The notes below the pieces were generated by a model. That model saw nothing but the letters and a program-made list of their open reading frames with translations. It ran no database searches and was not told where the DNA came from. DNA of 63,407 bases, the filler included. It is 9 parts of 9 records of this genome, joined end to end, with 100 filler letters (N's around TTAATTAATTAA, not from the genome) between each part and the next. Parts side by side here need not be neighbours in the genome. Positions count along the whole stretch, not along the records: positions 37,182 to 41,873 come from SRR7504441_7227; positions 41,974 to 47,264 come from SRR7504441_7228; positions 47,365 to 52,801 come from SRR7504441_7232; 6 more parts are not named here. One strand, 5' to 3'. This document shows, piece by piece, positions 39,074-51,081 of this stretch. Position 1 is the stretch's first letter. The number at the start of each line of letters is the position of its first letter. Both the position numbers and the translations under genes were made by a program.

Positions 39074-41873
39074 ATGGCGGCAGCGGATGACCTGCCGGTG
39101 CGAGGGGGGGCGCGGGGCGCGGGCTGAGGGGCCGGGCAGAGCCTGCAGAACAAGATCAAGCGAGACCCGGAGTCTTACGAGGACGAGTTCACCGCCCAGT
39201 ATCGGCACTTTGAGAGCAGCCTGGAGCTCACCCGGCTCAAGCCGCACGCCGCCAGCAAGGAGTTCGCACTGCTCGTCATGTTCTGCTGCCACGTGCCCCG
39301 GACACCCGTGCGCCCGGCCCGAGCCCGCGGGGGCAGCTGGCGCCGCACTTTCGGGCGCTGACGGAGGGACTGGCTGCCGAGCTCACAGAGCTACTCGAGG
39401 CGCACTCAATGGTGCTGCCCTCGCGCGTCCGACGCGACCTGTGCAGGCACCGGCCGGGCGCGGGCTGGCCCAGACCGGGCCGGGCAGTGGGCTGATTCTG
39501 CTCCGGAACCGTGGCATGCTAGATCCTGCCGAGCTGCTGCCGCTGTTCTTCCGGCTGTTCCGTTGCCCTGACAAGGTGGCCTGATGCGGGGGTCGATCGC
39601 GAACGGCTGTCGGGCAGCCGCTGCGGACTCAGCTGTTCCAGCACATTGTGAATGACGTGACAAACATCAACAAGAAGCACCAGAATAACAAGGCGAGCGC
39701 CGTGCTGGAGGCTGGCTGAGCGCTAGTGACAGGTCAACTCTGTGCTGCAAAACTTCATGTTCCGTATGGTAACCGACAACAACGCGATTGCTGCCCGCTA
39801 CTCGCTCAAGGTGGCCCGACCGAACCGCTGCTGTGAGCCTGGGTAGGTGATCACAACCCTGTACAAGCGTAACGTGTGGACCGACGCAAAGACGGCCAAC
39901 GTGGTGGCGGCTGCATGCTTCTCCAAGGCACTCACCACTTGACACCGGTTGAGCGGCCGGGGGCAGCACTCGGTGCTGCTGATCAGGTCTCTGAGGTTCT
40001 TCCTGGGGGCTGACGATAGAGATGAGGACGAGATGGATTCACAGGACGAGGAGGAGGCGGCCGAGGTGCGCTCCATCCCTCATTCCAGGCAACACTGGCG
40101 GACAGGTGGTGGCAGTGGCGCGCGATGCGTACAACATCCACCATAAGAATACTGCTCCGAGCCACAAAAAGGCATCTGCGCCAGCACAAAGATCTCGGTA
40201 ACCAAGGGAGACAGGTACGTAACTACAAGCGCGCCCTCAAGAAAGTGAAAGCAAACGCCAAGAAAGAACGGCGAAGCAAGCCGGTGCACACTTCAACCGC
40301 AATGAAGCTGCTGCACGACCCGCAGAGCTTCTCAGAGAAACTGTTCAGCAAGCTCAAAAGCTCGAACGAGAGGTTTGAGATCAAGCTGATGATGATGGAG
40401 CTGATCTCGCGCTGCATCGGCACCCACGAGCTGCTGCTGCTCAACTTCTACCCTTTCCTGCAGAAATATCTCTCACCCCACCAGAAGGAGGTCACCAAAG
40501 TGCTAGCTGCGGTCGTACAGGCCAGCCACGCGATGGTGCCACCCGACTGTCTCACGCCGATTGTGGTCACCCTAGCTACCAAGTTCGTTTCAGACCGTTG
40601 CTCCAACGAGGCGATGGCGATCGGACTCAACACCATTCGCGAGGTGGCTTGCGAGGGGTCTGTGTGTTGATGGGTCTGGTAGATATGTGCGAGGCAGGCG
40701 CTTGTGATCACTGAGGAGCTGCTGCACGATCTAGCACAATACAAGAGTACTAAAGAGAAGGGCGTGGCTGCTGCAGCTCGGTCATTGATCGCGCTGTTCC
40801 GGGAGCTTTGCCCGGCTCTCCTGCACAAAAAAGACCGCGGGAAAGGCAACAGCAGGGTGTTGCTGCTGTCTGATCGGGTTTACGCAGGGCATGAGATGGA
40901 TAGGAAGCTCAAAGGGTATGGCGAGCTGGATGTGCATGATAACGTGGACGGGGCCGAGCTGCTGGATGAAAATGCCGGGCCAATCGGTGAGCTGCTGGCG
41001 ACCTAACCAAATTGAAGCGTGTTTGCAGCCGAGGAGGAGGAGGAGGAGGAAGAGTTTGAATTGGATGATGGGCAGGACGGAGAAGAAGAGGGCAGTGAAG
41101 AGGCGGATGACGAGGAGGAGGAGGACGCAGCGCAATCTGACGGCGAGGAAGTAGACGAGGGCGAGGACGACGAGCAGGTGGGCGCAGATGACGCTGTGAA
41201 GGACAAGGCCTCAGAGGCCCAGGCTCCAAAGCGGAGCGCTTCAGACATTATCGGGGATCGCATCTTGACTGAGGAGGATTTCGCCAAGATCAGGCGGCGA
41301 AGGTTGATGCAGCAGGTCGCCAAACTCCGAGGGGCCAATAAGATCCAGGGAACCAAGCGCAAGCTGGACGAGGTGTGTGCCTGCTGCGCTGCCTGGTAGC
41401 AAGCGGCGTGTGGCCAGTTGGAGGACATGGACGAGGCAGAGCTCGAAGAGGAGATCGGCGACACGGATGCTGTAGGCAAGCCATCCCTGCGCGTCGATGC
41501 GTCAGAGCTGCATGGGTGGCACGCCAAGAAGAAGCTGACTAAGGCGGAGCGAGTAGCATGTATTATGGAGGGCCGCGAGGTAGCCAGCGCGCTGTCAGCC
41601 AGCCGGGAGCCTATGGTTACAGGGGCGTGAGAAGTTCGGAAGAAAGAACACCAAAGGCGGTGGCAGCACCAATAAGGCGAAGGCAAAACGGAAGAATCTT
41701 ATGATGGCGTTGCAATCCGACCAAGTGCAAAACAAGTCAAAGCGCACCCAAAAGGCTTCCAAGGTTCGGCTGTTTGGGCTTGTTATTATTAAGGTAATCG
41801 GCTGGTCGCAGATGGCCAAACTCGAGCACCGGGCAAGGCAACGCTCCAAGGCACGGACCAAGCGGAATGACAC
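39074..41873 (+). CDS. SDA1: SDA1 ribosome-biogenesis protein, C-terminus cut by gap
   Basis: LPSLQNKIKRDPESYEDEF, LLHDPQSFSEKLF, ISRCIGTHELLLLNFYPFLQKYLSPHQKEVT, RILTEEDF; about 14 short introns, four with GC donors. Confidence 0.93.
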
Positions 41874-41973
41874 NNNNNNNNNNNNNNNNNNNNNNNNNNN
41901 NNNNNNNNNNNNNNNNNTTAATTAATTAANNNNNNNNNNNNNNNNNNNNNNNNNNNNNNNNNNNNNNNNNNNN

Positions 41974-42057
41974 CTCGCCGGTGTAGGTGCCCGACGGCGC
42001 CGCCCGGGCTAGCGCTAGCACGGCTGCCAGCAGGATGAGTCTCGAAGCGCCCAGCAT
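41974..42057 (-). CDS. N-terminus of a secreted protein, truncated
   Basis: MLGASRLILLAAVLALARAAPSGTYTGE, a signal peptide running into the gap. Confidence 0.5.
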
Positions 42058-42249
42058 GTTTACGATGTGTTCTCGAGCTGTTCGCCCCGTGAGCGGACAG
42101 TTCGTTAGTTCAGCGTTACACTTTCATTGTTTTAATCTCCAGCGACAGTACGGCTCCAGATTGAAACAATAATAATTGCGTTCGAAGTGAAATAATTTTA
42201 ATTGGACCGGCTTGAGCACCGGCGTTGTGCGGATCCACCGCTCTAGATG

Positions 42250-43731
42250 CTAGATCACCAAGTTGACGCTGATCCGATCAATTTGGTCCGATGGATCCTC
42301 CTCATCATTTTGATCGGTGGCCGGAGGTGGGAACCGGCGAGGGCTTTGTGCGGCGATCGGATTGGTCTCAACCACGTTGGTGGTAGCCACGCCGCCCATG
42401 GTGGGCAACTGCAGCCTGGGCACCTGTTTCTTTGAATCTAGCGCCACAGTGACCGTCTTGCCCGGCGAGAGGCCCCAGTCGCTCTTGGGGCTGTCCTTGT
42501 GGCTCGGGAGCGCCGGAGAATTCTCCGCTGTGGGTGCGCGCGAGCAAGGGCGCGATAGCGTTTTGTTCTTGAGGCAGCAGACCGCGAAGACGGCCAGGAA
42601 GGCGCCGCGAAGCTTGGTCCTGGGTGGGGTCTTGGCCAGGTTGCGAGACTCAGTCACAGCTGACAGGACAGCCACCCCCAGGCAAATGACCACCACGCCA
42701 ACGAAGAACAAGCCGAGGTAGAGCGCCGAGAGGTCGTCGAATTCTTCGAAGAATATTGCGCCGGTGAACACCGAAAAGACCACCAGAGTGACCTGGAAGA
42801 GTGGCACGCAGTACATAGTGGAGAAAAGATGGAGCGCCTGCACCGAGTGAGCCCAGGCCCGCTAGAACGGGGGCACCTTCTGGCGCCAGTACTCCATGAA
42901 GAAATTGAAGGCCACGAACAGCACGAAGAACAGGTAAGTCTCCCACTTAGTGAACTGGTTCTCCCCGTCGCCTGTCTCAGCAAGCGTCTCTGCAAACATT
43001 TTGCCAAACAGCATCGTATACCCGCCCATCACACCCTTGGTCGAGGTGTAGGTGAGCGCCAATGTGATCGCCCCGCGCGGCTCGAGCGATCCGTCCATCC
43101 GCACATCGTCTCGCCTGTTGATGTGCTCAATGTACTTGGCAACCACGTAAGCGATCCCGGTCGCACTCCATATGCAAGCGCTCCAGACCACAAACGGGGT
43201 GCGAGTGAACCGGTCTAGCATCTGGCTGGCGGTGTACGTCTCGCTGGTGTGTGGTCCGAAGAAGATGACCACCACGGTGCCGACGATGATGATGGCCGTG
43301 CCTACGATGTCATACACTGTAAGCTTCTCGTCCAGGCAGGGCGGGCTCGAGAGCGTGTTGGCCACCAGCGTGAGCCCCTCCATCGGGTTGAGCAGCGCCG
43401 ACGGCCCGAACCCGAGCGAGGCCACGTGCATCAGACTGCCGACCCCGTAGGTGGCCATCCCGAGCCACCACTTGGGCTCGCGCAGGAAGGCCGCCTGCAG
43501 GCTGGACGAGCCGTCCTTCTTGGTCTGCCGGCGAGTCTCCTCTCCCCGCGGGCTGAGCATTTTGCTGCCGGCGCACTCTTTCTCGCGCAGTTGCATGTAC
43601 TTTTGAAGTGCCTTGGTCAGGATCTTGGCGTTAGCCGCCTGGTGGCCGATCTTCATCCAGATCATGCCCCAGGCGTTGATGATGTTGCCCACGATCGAAA
43701 TGACCAGCGCGATGATCACCGTCGAATCCAT
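42250..43731 (-). CDS. NIPA-family magnesium transporter-like protein
   Basis: WWLGMATYGVG, FGPSALLNPMEGLTLVAN, VPLFQV, GAIFFEEF; intron 42838-42876. Confidence 0.88.
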
Positions 43732-44012
43732 CCCCGCTACCAACTCCCGGGCCGCTACGCTCCTGCTTAACCGACACTTATCTCCATCCCGGCGAGTGCG
43801 GTTGGCCGTATTATTACGTTGGCGCGCTGATGCAGCTGAGCGTGAAACAAGTGTTAATCGTGAACCTAATATTATATAATAAGCGGGTGAAACGGTGAAA
43901 TTGTGTAAGTTCCCTAGATCAAATAATGCTAGCTATCTTGCCACCAACAAAAGACTGGTTGCGCCTATAAGATGCTCTTGACTACTGCTTGATTGCGAGC
44001 TCGCTCCGTCGC

Positions 44013-45150
44013 CTATGCTGGCATCACGATCTTGGCACCGCGGCCTGCCACGCACACTCAGCCCGGCTCAGCTGCTCGGCCCACCACGCCCGCGCCCACG
44101 CCCGCGCGCAGCACCGCGCCCGCGGCCTCGCCCTCGGGTCACGCCGCGGCCTCGCCCTCGGCTAGCGCCTCTTCCACCTAGAGCGGGCTGAGGGCCTGGC
44201 TAGCCGGCAGCCTCACGTGCACTGAACCGAGCACTGAGGGTGGCCTTGGGCTGTCCGCGCGCCTTGGCGGCCTGGTTGCTCCGGGCATTGGCCCGGCGCT
44301 GCTGGACAGTGCCTTGCATCCGCTGGCCGAGCGTGTGAGCTAGGTTAGGGCTAGTGCAGAGACCTGCTGCCGGTTGACAGGCTGCTTCTGCTTGACGCCG
44401 CCCCTGGGCTTCTTCCCAGCGGCTGGCTTGACCGAGTTGTTCTGGAACGAGATCTTGATGTCGCGAGGGGTGACTCGCCCGCCGCCGCGCCCTCCGCCAC
44501 GACCGCCCCTGTGCCTGGGCTGACTTGCCGCGCCAGCGCTCCCCACCGTGCTTGCCCGCGCCCACGTCCACGGCCCCGTCCGCGCCCCCGAGGCGTGGCC
44601 GGTTTCCCGCGCATCTGGTTCTTCTTGGCGGCCGACATATTCTTCTGTCGCTGGGCCGCCGATCCCAGCCGCTTCAGCGCCGCCGGAGTCCTGCCTCCAG
44701 TCGGCCCCGCCAGCCGACCGGGCGCACTTCTTATTGGCCGCCCGCCCCGTCGCAGCTCCGCCGCGTCCGCGTCCACGGCCTCGTCCGCGGCCGCGACCAC
44801 GTGCTGGAGTTGCGGCGCCCTGAAGACCCAAAGCTGTCGACTGGCGGCTTTGGGGGGGGCGCACCGCCTTGGCCTTGCCGCCGCGACCGCGACCGGCCTT
44901 GGCTTTGCCACCGCGTGCTTTGACGTTGATCTTGCCCCCGCGGCCCTTCTTCTTGCCCTTGGGTTTGTCCTTCTCTGAAGTGATGATGTCGTCTGCCCGC
45001 CCAAGCCCGCTCAGCCGCCCAGCCGGTGCAGCCGTGGGGCAGCCGGCTGGCAGGGCGAGGGAGCTCACCGAGCGCCATGTCCATCTTGGCCTCTGTGGTG
45101 CCCACAGCGAACTGCATCTGGCCAGCTGCCCCGAGTGCTGCGAGAGCCAT
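44013..45150 (-). CDS. RG/RGG-rich protein with an N-terminal UAP56-binding-like motif (ALYREF/UIF/CHTOP-type export adaptor); no RRM seen
   Basis: Spliced KMDMALDDII, several (RG)n tracts, DIKISFQN; about five short introns. Confidence 0.6.
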
Positions 45151-45200
45151 AGTTCAACCGTTGCTGGGACGGAGAGGCTGGGCTGGTGAGAGGCGGTACC

Positions 45201-45857
45201 ATGACTTATGGGATGCCGGATACCGGTGTGGACATCGCGTTCATTGGGATAGCCGACGCACTGGGCCTGCTCCGCTCCGGCCGCGGACTGTTTGTTGACT
45301 GCCGGGACCCAGCCGACTTCGAGGCCTCACATATCGCCGGTGCGATCAACATCCCGGGCTTTGCCATGTGCGCGGCGCGTGGGCGGCCGTGCTCAGCCGG
45401 GGCAGGGTGATGGGCACGCTGTCAGCGGAGCTGCAGGCGGCGCTGGAACAGCTCTGTCGGGAGGCCACGCGGGACGGGCGGCCGGTGGTGCTGTACAGCG
45501 ACACCGCCGGGCGCGCGGCCGCCTGAATGGGGCTGAGCTGAGCGGCAGGCTGCAGTCTCGGTGCAAGTTCGTCGGGCAGTACTTGCACGAGACCGGGCTG
45601 CACCACGCCTGGCGGCTGTGGGGCGGATTGAACAACTGGAAGGCAGCCAGCCACCCGGTGCTCGGCGACCAGCGGCCGTACCTGGCCGGGTGATCCATGC
45701 CGCGCCCCCTGCTGAGCGGCGGGGCAGCAAGCTGCACGGGACGGCCCTGCCAGAGCTGCCGATGCCAGGCCACAGCCCGGATCTGTTCGATCAGCAGTAC
45801 GCCGTGCTGCTCGCAAGCAGTCGCGACCAGCAGGACGACTTGAGCTACTTCCTTTGA
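45201..45857 (+). CDS. Rhodanese-like domain protein
   Basis: FVDCRDPADFEASHIAGAINIP, VVLYSDT, LWGGLNNWK; three ~38-nt introns; the usual catalytic Cys position appears to be Ser. Confidence 0.75.
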
Positions 45858-45887
45858 GGCCACGCTAACCCTAACCCTTTGAGGCCA
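45851..45887. repeat. 12-bp direct repeat flanking telomeric CTAACCCTAAC filler
   Basis: cctttgaggcca at 45851-45862 and 45876-45887; ctaaccctaaccct at 45865-45878. Confidence 0.8.
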
Positions 45888-47364
45888 AGCTCTGCCGACG
45901 CTCGCCAGCAGGTCCGACCGAGCTCGAGCTTGGCTACCACAGCACCGGGTCCAGTAAGCAGAGGCACTTGCAGGCATCCTTGATGCCCTCGCTTGACTCG
46001 ACCCGATCCTCAGTAACATCCATGCTGAGGCTGTAGCAACGCTGGCAGCCGATATACCGGACGCCGTGTTCTTCTTCGGTGCGGGATCGACAAGACTAGT
46101 GACTAGGGAGCAAATCAGCGATGCCAGTGGTGCCCACTGGCGTCTAATGAATCTAAGGTAGCTCGCGTCTGTGCAACCATCATCTCATCTAGCCACATAA
46201 GTAAGGTTATGTCACATAACCTTCAAAGACACCAACTAAAAGAGCATTAACTCTAATAGATCAGTCGGTGTCTCGGCCTCAACATGTAAAATCGTTCTAG
46301 GACGGCCTCTACTCCGGAGAGGAGGTAGTAGCCACTGGAGAGCATAACTCAATCAACGGTAGCAGCCGTAGCACTCGTTCTAGGCGGACCAGTAGCGGAC
46401 CAGGAGGTCTTCTCACACACTCAAGTCTATTAGTAGTCATAGTCACGGGAGTCATATTCGCTGTCTGAATACGTGTATGAGTGCGTGCTTTCAGTGTAGC
46501 CCTGTCCCTCGGAGCTGAGCTCACTTTCCTCCTCCCCAGGGTCGCCATGACCATAGTCGTACGTATACTCAGTTACTCACCACACTTATGGAGCCAGCTT
46601 GTGCTCCTGTCATGCTCCGGTGTGCTGTCAGAGTAATCCTGTCCTTCAGCGGCCAAGCAATCTTTGTGGCTATTCAATGCACCCTGTAACAACACGTTTT
46701 CCATCTCAGCCTCTTCAGCTCTGTCTTCTGCCTCGCCCATTGCTCCAGACATCACTTTAACACCACTGACGGCCGGCCGGGTCCATCGGGGCGATTGTTC
46801 CCGGCCAGGGGGGTGGTCGTTGACTGGCGTCCTTCGGGCGTTGGGCGGTGTCAGCATCCCCCTCCGTAACTAGTGGGGGCTGACCACGCCCCCTCCGTAA
46901 GCCACGTCGTACACGCGCTACAGGGAGCCCCCCGCGGGTACCCCGCGCGCATGCTTCCGCGTATTTGCCCTTGTCCACATTTCATCAATTAATTTCTCTG
47001 CACACTATCTGCATGTGGATCCTCCTCTGAAACCATTTTCTCGCAATTTCGCCATTTCAGCCTGCTCTGGAGATTGCAGAGTAATTGCACAGAATGCAAG
47101 TAGAATTCTAGTAAAATTCTAGTACCTAGTACTTTACTGGTACTTAAATACAAATGTACATGTATGCAAATATAGTTCATTCAAATAAACTGCATTGGAA
47201 ACTGTGCCGAGTGTGCGACCTTCAGCTTTGACTTTGCTGTCGCCGAGTGCCCCTCATCCATCTCNNNNNNNNNNNNNNNNNNNNNNNNNNNNNNNNNNNN
47301 NNNNNNNNTTAATTAATTAANNNNNNNNNNNNNNNNNNNNNNNNNNNNNNNNNNNNNNNNNNNN

Positions 47365-48086
47365 AGGGCCACCGCTTGGTACGACCCGTCCGCGCGCCAG
47401 TTGGTGGCAAAGCCGACAGGGGTGCAGCAGAGCTCGCGCTTGCTCTCGTTCCGGGGGGCCAATGTTCTGCTGCACGCGCCTAAGGGTCCGGGCACCCTTC
47501 AGAGAGGATCGAGCCTTGTTGCCACCATCACCGCTCCTCTAGCAACAAATCCAGACCCACGCCAGGTCCGGGCTCAGCCAGCCGGTTAGGGCCAGTTACC
47601 TAGGTATAATGTGCTGGCCCGCAGGCTGTGCACACTGTGCTTCTGGTACCGGCAGACTCAACGGCGCTAGGCCAAGAGATCAAAGCGCTGATGGAGCCCA
47701 ACGGCCCGAGTTCTTTTGCGGCCTCATGCGAGACACTAGACCAGGCTGACCACCGTGCTCAGTTGGAGTGTATCTGCGAAGCTGGAACGGTCGGTTTGGT
47801 TCTGGTGCTCGACAACAGTGGCAGTGGCAGCTTTTGGCTCGAGAGCGTGTTGGCTCGTCGCGTCTCTGGGCTGGAGGCTACGCTCGGCCAAGCTGTGGTC
47901 CTGGATCAGACCAACGCCTTGTGGGCTCCTGTAGCCGGAATCTGCCAGCGCAGTCTCGTGGTGTCCCTCCCCCTGTCACGCAGAGGCGCCGATTCGGCCC
48001 TCAAAGCACTCGATGTTGCGCTGCCCCGCGATTTCAAAACGCTCTTCAGCACAGATGTCACAGCGTGCCTCAATAGCTTGTTATAA
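47365..48086 (+). CDS. Hypothetical protein, 5' partial
   Basis: ORFs 47401 and 47628 link through a probable intron and end at an AT-rich 3' region. Confidence 0.4.
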
Positions 48087-48301
48087 AAATGCAAATTCGA
48101 AGGCACGTAAGGTGGGCGTCTACATTGTAGGAATTCCTACATAGCGTACTGTCGCCGACTTGATTCAGTCGTTCAGTCACGGTTTAGTTTGGCCCTGTGA
48201 GCAGTCCGTGTGAGCCGTTGACCCAACAAAGAAATCAGCACCACGCCCACGGTGCCTGCGCGGCTGGTGACTGGTTGGCCGTCCGCCCCGACGAGTTCTG
48301 G

Positions 48302-49369
48302 ATGCCGGTCTACTCCATCTGCATTTTCCTGCGCACCGAGGAGAAGGTCGAGCCGCCTCGCCGCCCCTCGTGCGAGCCCGCCCCGCAGGCGCTCGTCCTC
48401 TCCCGGCGCGAGGAACTCTCAAGCTTCAGCTTCTTGTGGCGGTCCAAGGTGGCTGACTTCGTCAGATTCGCCAGGTAGGCTGGCTCCCGGGCCGTGTGTG
48501 AGTGCGTGTGCCCAGCCGCCAGGCGGCCCAGCACGTCGAGCCTGGCGCGTGCGAGAGCATAGTGCCCGACGAGCAGAACGATCGGCTCCAGTACGTCTGC
48601 CACGCCAACGGCGAGGCCTCCGGGCTGTTCACCGCGGTGCGGCCCGGACGCCTGCAGCTGTTTAGCCCGCGTGGCAGACGATGATCACAGACATGGAATA
48701 CCCGGCCAGAATCTGCTACAGGCTCCTGAACCAGGTGCCGTGTACAGCCGCCGCCCGGCTGAGCCGGTGGCAGCTGCTCGTCCAATTCTCAGAGAACTAC
48801 CGCGATAGGATCGTGTCGAGCCCTAAACCAATTAGCAAAGACCTGGATCTGGACTTCCCCCCGATGGCGGTAGCATCCGATTAGTGGCTGCGCTGCGATG
48901 CTATCAGCCGACCGTCCAGCGGCCTATAACCCAATCCTCGCAGGAGTTCCTGGTCAAGTACCAAGATCCGCGTAAGGCCGATGTCGCATTCCAGATTTTG
49001 CAGGTGTTTGCATGCCGTAGGCTTCGTGTATATAATCAATGTTGCAATGAGGCGCTAGTTGTGCAGCCTCCCGTTGCATTCGCAGCCCCCCACGATGCGG
49101 CTCTGATTCAATTGCTTACAGGACCTGGATGCAACAAAAGAGGTCATGTACAAGAGCATCGACCAGGTGCCTCATGCACTGGGTGGGGCGTGTCTGATCC
49201 AACGAGATAGGTGATCAAGCGCGGCGAGAGTCTAGAAAGCATCATGTCCAAGTCTGAGGTGCCCGGCCACTCGTACAGGCTCCCAGCTCGGCTGTTTCAG
49301 GATCTGTCGGGTGCGTCGATGAAGTTCTACCAAACTAGCAAGAAAACACGTTGTTGCACCATTCTATGA
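48302..49369 (+). CDS. YKT6: YKT6 longin R-SNARE
   Basis: ELSSFSFLWRS, ITDMEYPARIC, FLVKYQDPRKAD, VIKRGESLE, C-terminal CCTIL prenylation box; eight introns. Confidence 0.92.
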
Positions 49370-49751
49370 TGCACAAATGGGAACTTGACCAGTTGTCGCT
49401 CTCAACTTCATCATTGCATTTAAAGTCAGTAGCCACACTCGAGGGCGTACAAAGAGCACGCCTCAAACTAAAAATTATAGTGTTTTAGTTAGCTTTGGTT
49501 CACAGAATTCATTTGAAAGTGCTCATCTCTGGACTCAAATCGCTACTAATGCAAACGGACGTGTGTCTAGAAAATTCATCATGGTGGCTCGTAGGACTAA
49601 AGGGGCTGTCGTCCTGCAACCAACACAAATTGATAAGCAATCCCGGACAATTGAATGCCCTCACCATTATGGTGCTACTTTGCCCCTTGTACTGCGTCAA
49701 GTGGCCGAGTCCACAAGCTTCGAGCACCGGACCGTGCACCTATCGACACAG

Positions 49752-50783
49752 TCATCTAGCGTCGGGGCAATCAGGAGCCACCTCGGGAGATCCAATGTAC
49801 ACATGAATCCGGTGCATGTCGACTGTGGCAGTCACATCGACCACGTGGACCTTGGGATCCACCGGCCCGCTCGGCCCCGTGTACCCCAGCGCCTTGGTCT
49901 CTGCTTGAGGCCGCAAGTCCATTAAACCTGGCAGCACACCCTAACCCTAACCCTAAAGTCCATTAAACCTGGCAGCACAGCGACCAACGGGAGCGCCCTG
50001 CGCAGCACATCGTCTCTACGCGAGTAAAACACTACTAGCGACTGGGCCGCCACTCTGTGCGCTGGAAACTCTCCGCGCTCTCCTAAACAATCTGAGGCCA
50101 CAGCAGCCGCGGCCATGAACAGCTGGCCCATGCTGCCCTCGCCGTACTGAAATAGTCCTGAGTCCAACAAGCCAGCAAGCGCCACCCGGCATCCCAGCGA
50201 GTGCGCAAATACGTGAACCCGGTTGCCCCTAGCCAGCATGTACCTCAGCGCCAGCCTGAGCCGTTGGCCAGCCTCGGTGGCGTTGTTGCGGGCCTGTGCG
50301 AAGGCCACGTGCTTCACGTGCGCCGGCCACAGGAATCCGACCACCGTGAGCTGGTCCTGGGTCCGGTTGCGCAGGTGGTCCACAGTCCGATACACCTGCC
50401 CGCCAGATTGCCGCGCCAGTGCCAAGCCGGGCCGCCTTTTCGTAGTTCTGGCGGAAACCGTGGACGTAGAGCAGCACGGTGCTGTTCTGAGGGAACTGCG
50501 AGTCCGCCGTGACCAGGCCGCTCGCGGAGCGCTCATCAATCTCAGTCTGGTTCCGTACAACCGTCTGCTCCTCGCGGTATCCCTTGAGCTCGCGATCGTG
50601 GCTGAACTCGTACGAATTGGAGAGCAGCCTGGTGTCCGGCTGGAAGAGGCTAGTCGAGTCCGAGAATCTATCACAGCCGGCAGAGAACGGTCTGCAGGCG
50701 ATCATCCACAGGTTGGTGCAGAAGACCGGCTCCGGGGTCCCCTCGCCAGGACCGCAGTCCTCGGCTGCAGCGGCATTGCCCAT
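49752..50783 (-). CDS. Alpha/beta hydrolase (DUF900-like)
   Basis: LLYVHGF, VGFLWP, AHSLGCR nucleophile elbow, YSRRDDVL, ALGYTGP...VDV...H..Y; one GC-AG intron near 50398-50437 plus the telomeric intron 49928-49968. Confidence 0.8.
49915..49979. repeat. Perfect 24-bp direct repeat flanking (CCCTAA)3
   Basis: aagtccattaaacctggcagcaca at 49915-49938 and 49956-49979; (CCCTAA)3 at 49939-49956. Confidence 0.97.
49928..49968 (-). other. Predicted 41-nt GT-AG intron built from duplicated exon sequence plus telomeric repeats
   Basis: gtttaatggactttagggttagggttagggtgtgctgccag; removal joins ORF 49922-50674 to ORF 49752-49937 in frame. Confidence 0.78.
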
Positions 50784-51081
50784 CACGAGCTTCCCGCCGA
50801 GTGCTGTAGTCCCGCGGGAGCCGAAGGGTCAACGAACATCACATGGACCGTGATGGACGTGGCGATTGCCAAGATTGTAAACAGTTATAATAGCTACAGT
50901 ACACGTAGCTGCTTTTGATTGTGTTCATTTACTCGATCCCAATGGGCAGCTATCGTTACTGCGCCTCGCGCTATTTTTCTCAATCCTTAAATCAAGCGGC
51001 TCCCCGTTATCGACGGAAGTGCCACCGTCATGTTGCTGCAAGGCGATGCGTTGGAGCAACATTCCAGGCTTCGTTACGCCA

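Noticed and set aside
44323-44363. Intron containing CCCTAACCTAG, and a single TTAGGG near 47586
   Set aside because: Only one telomere unit each and no flanking duplication; compatible with chance or a branch-point word.
44050-44900. GC-rich short repeats resembling an array
   Set aside because: They encode RG/RGG tracts; there is no repeat-spacer structure and no cas gene.
45855-46160. Stop-codon reassignment or selenocysteine readthrough
   Set aside because: TGA, TAA and TAG all terminate conserved genes elsewhere (YKT6 TGA, recA TAA, sulfatase TAG), and I found no in-frame stops inside conserved domains.
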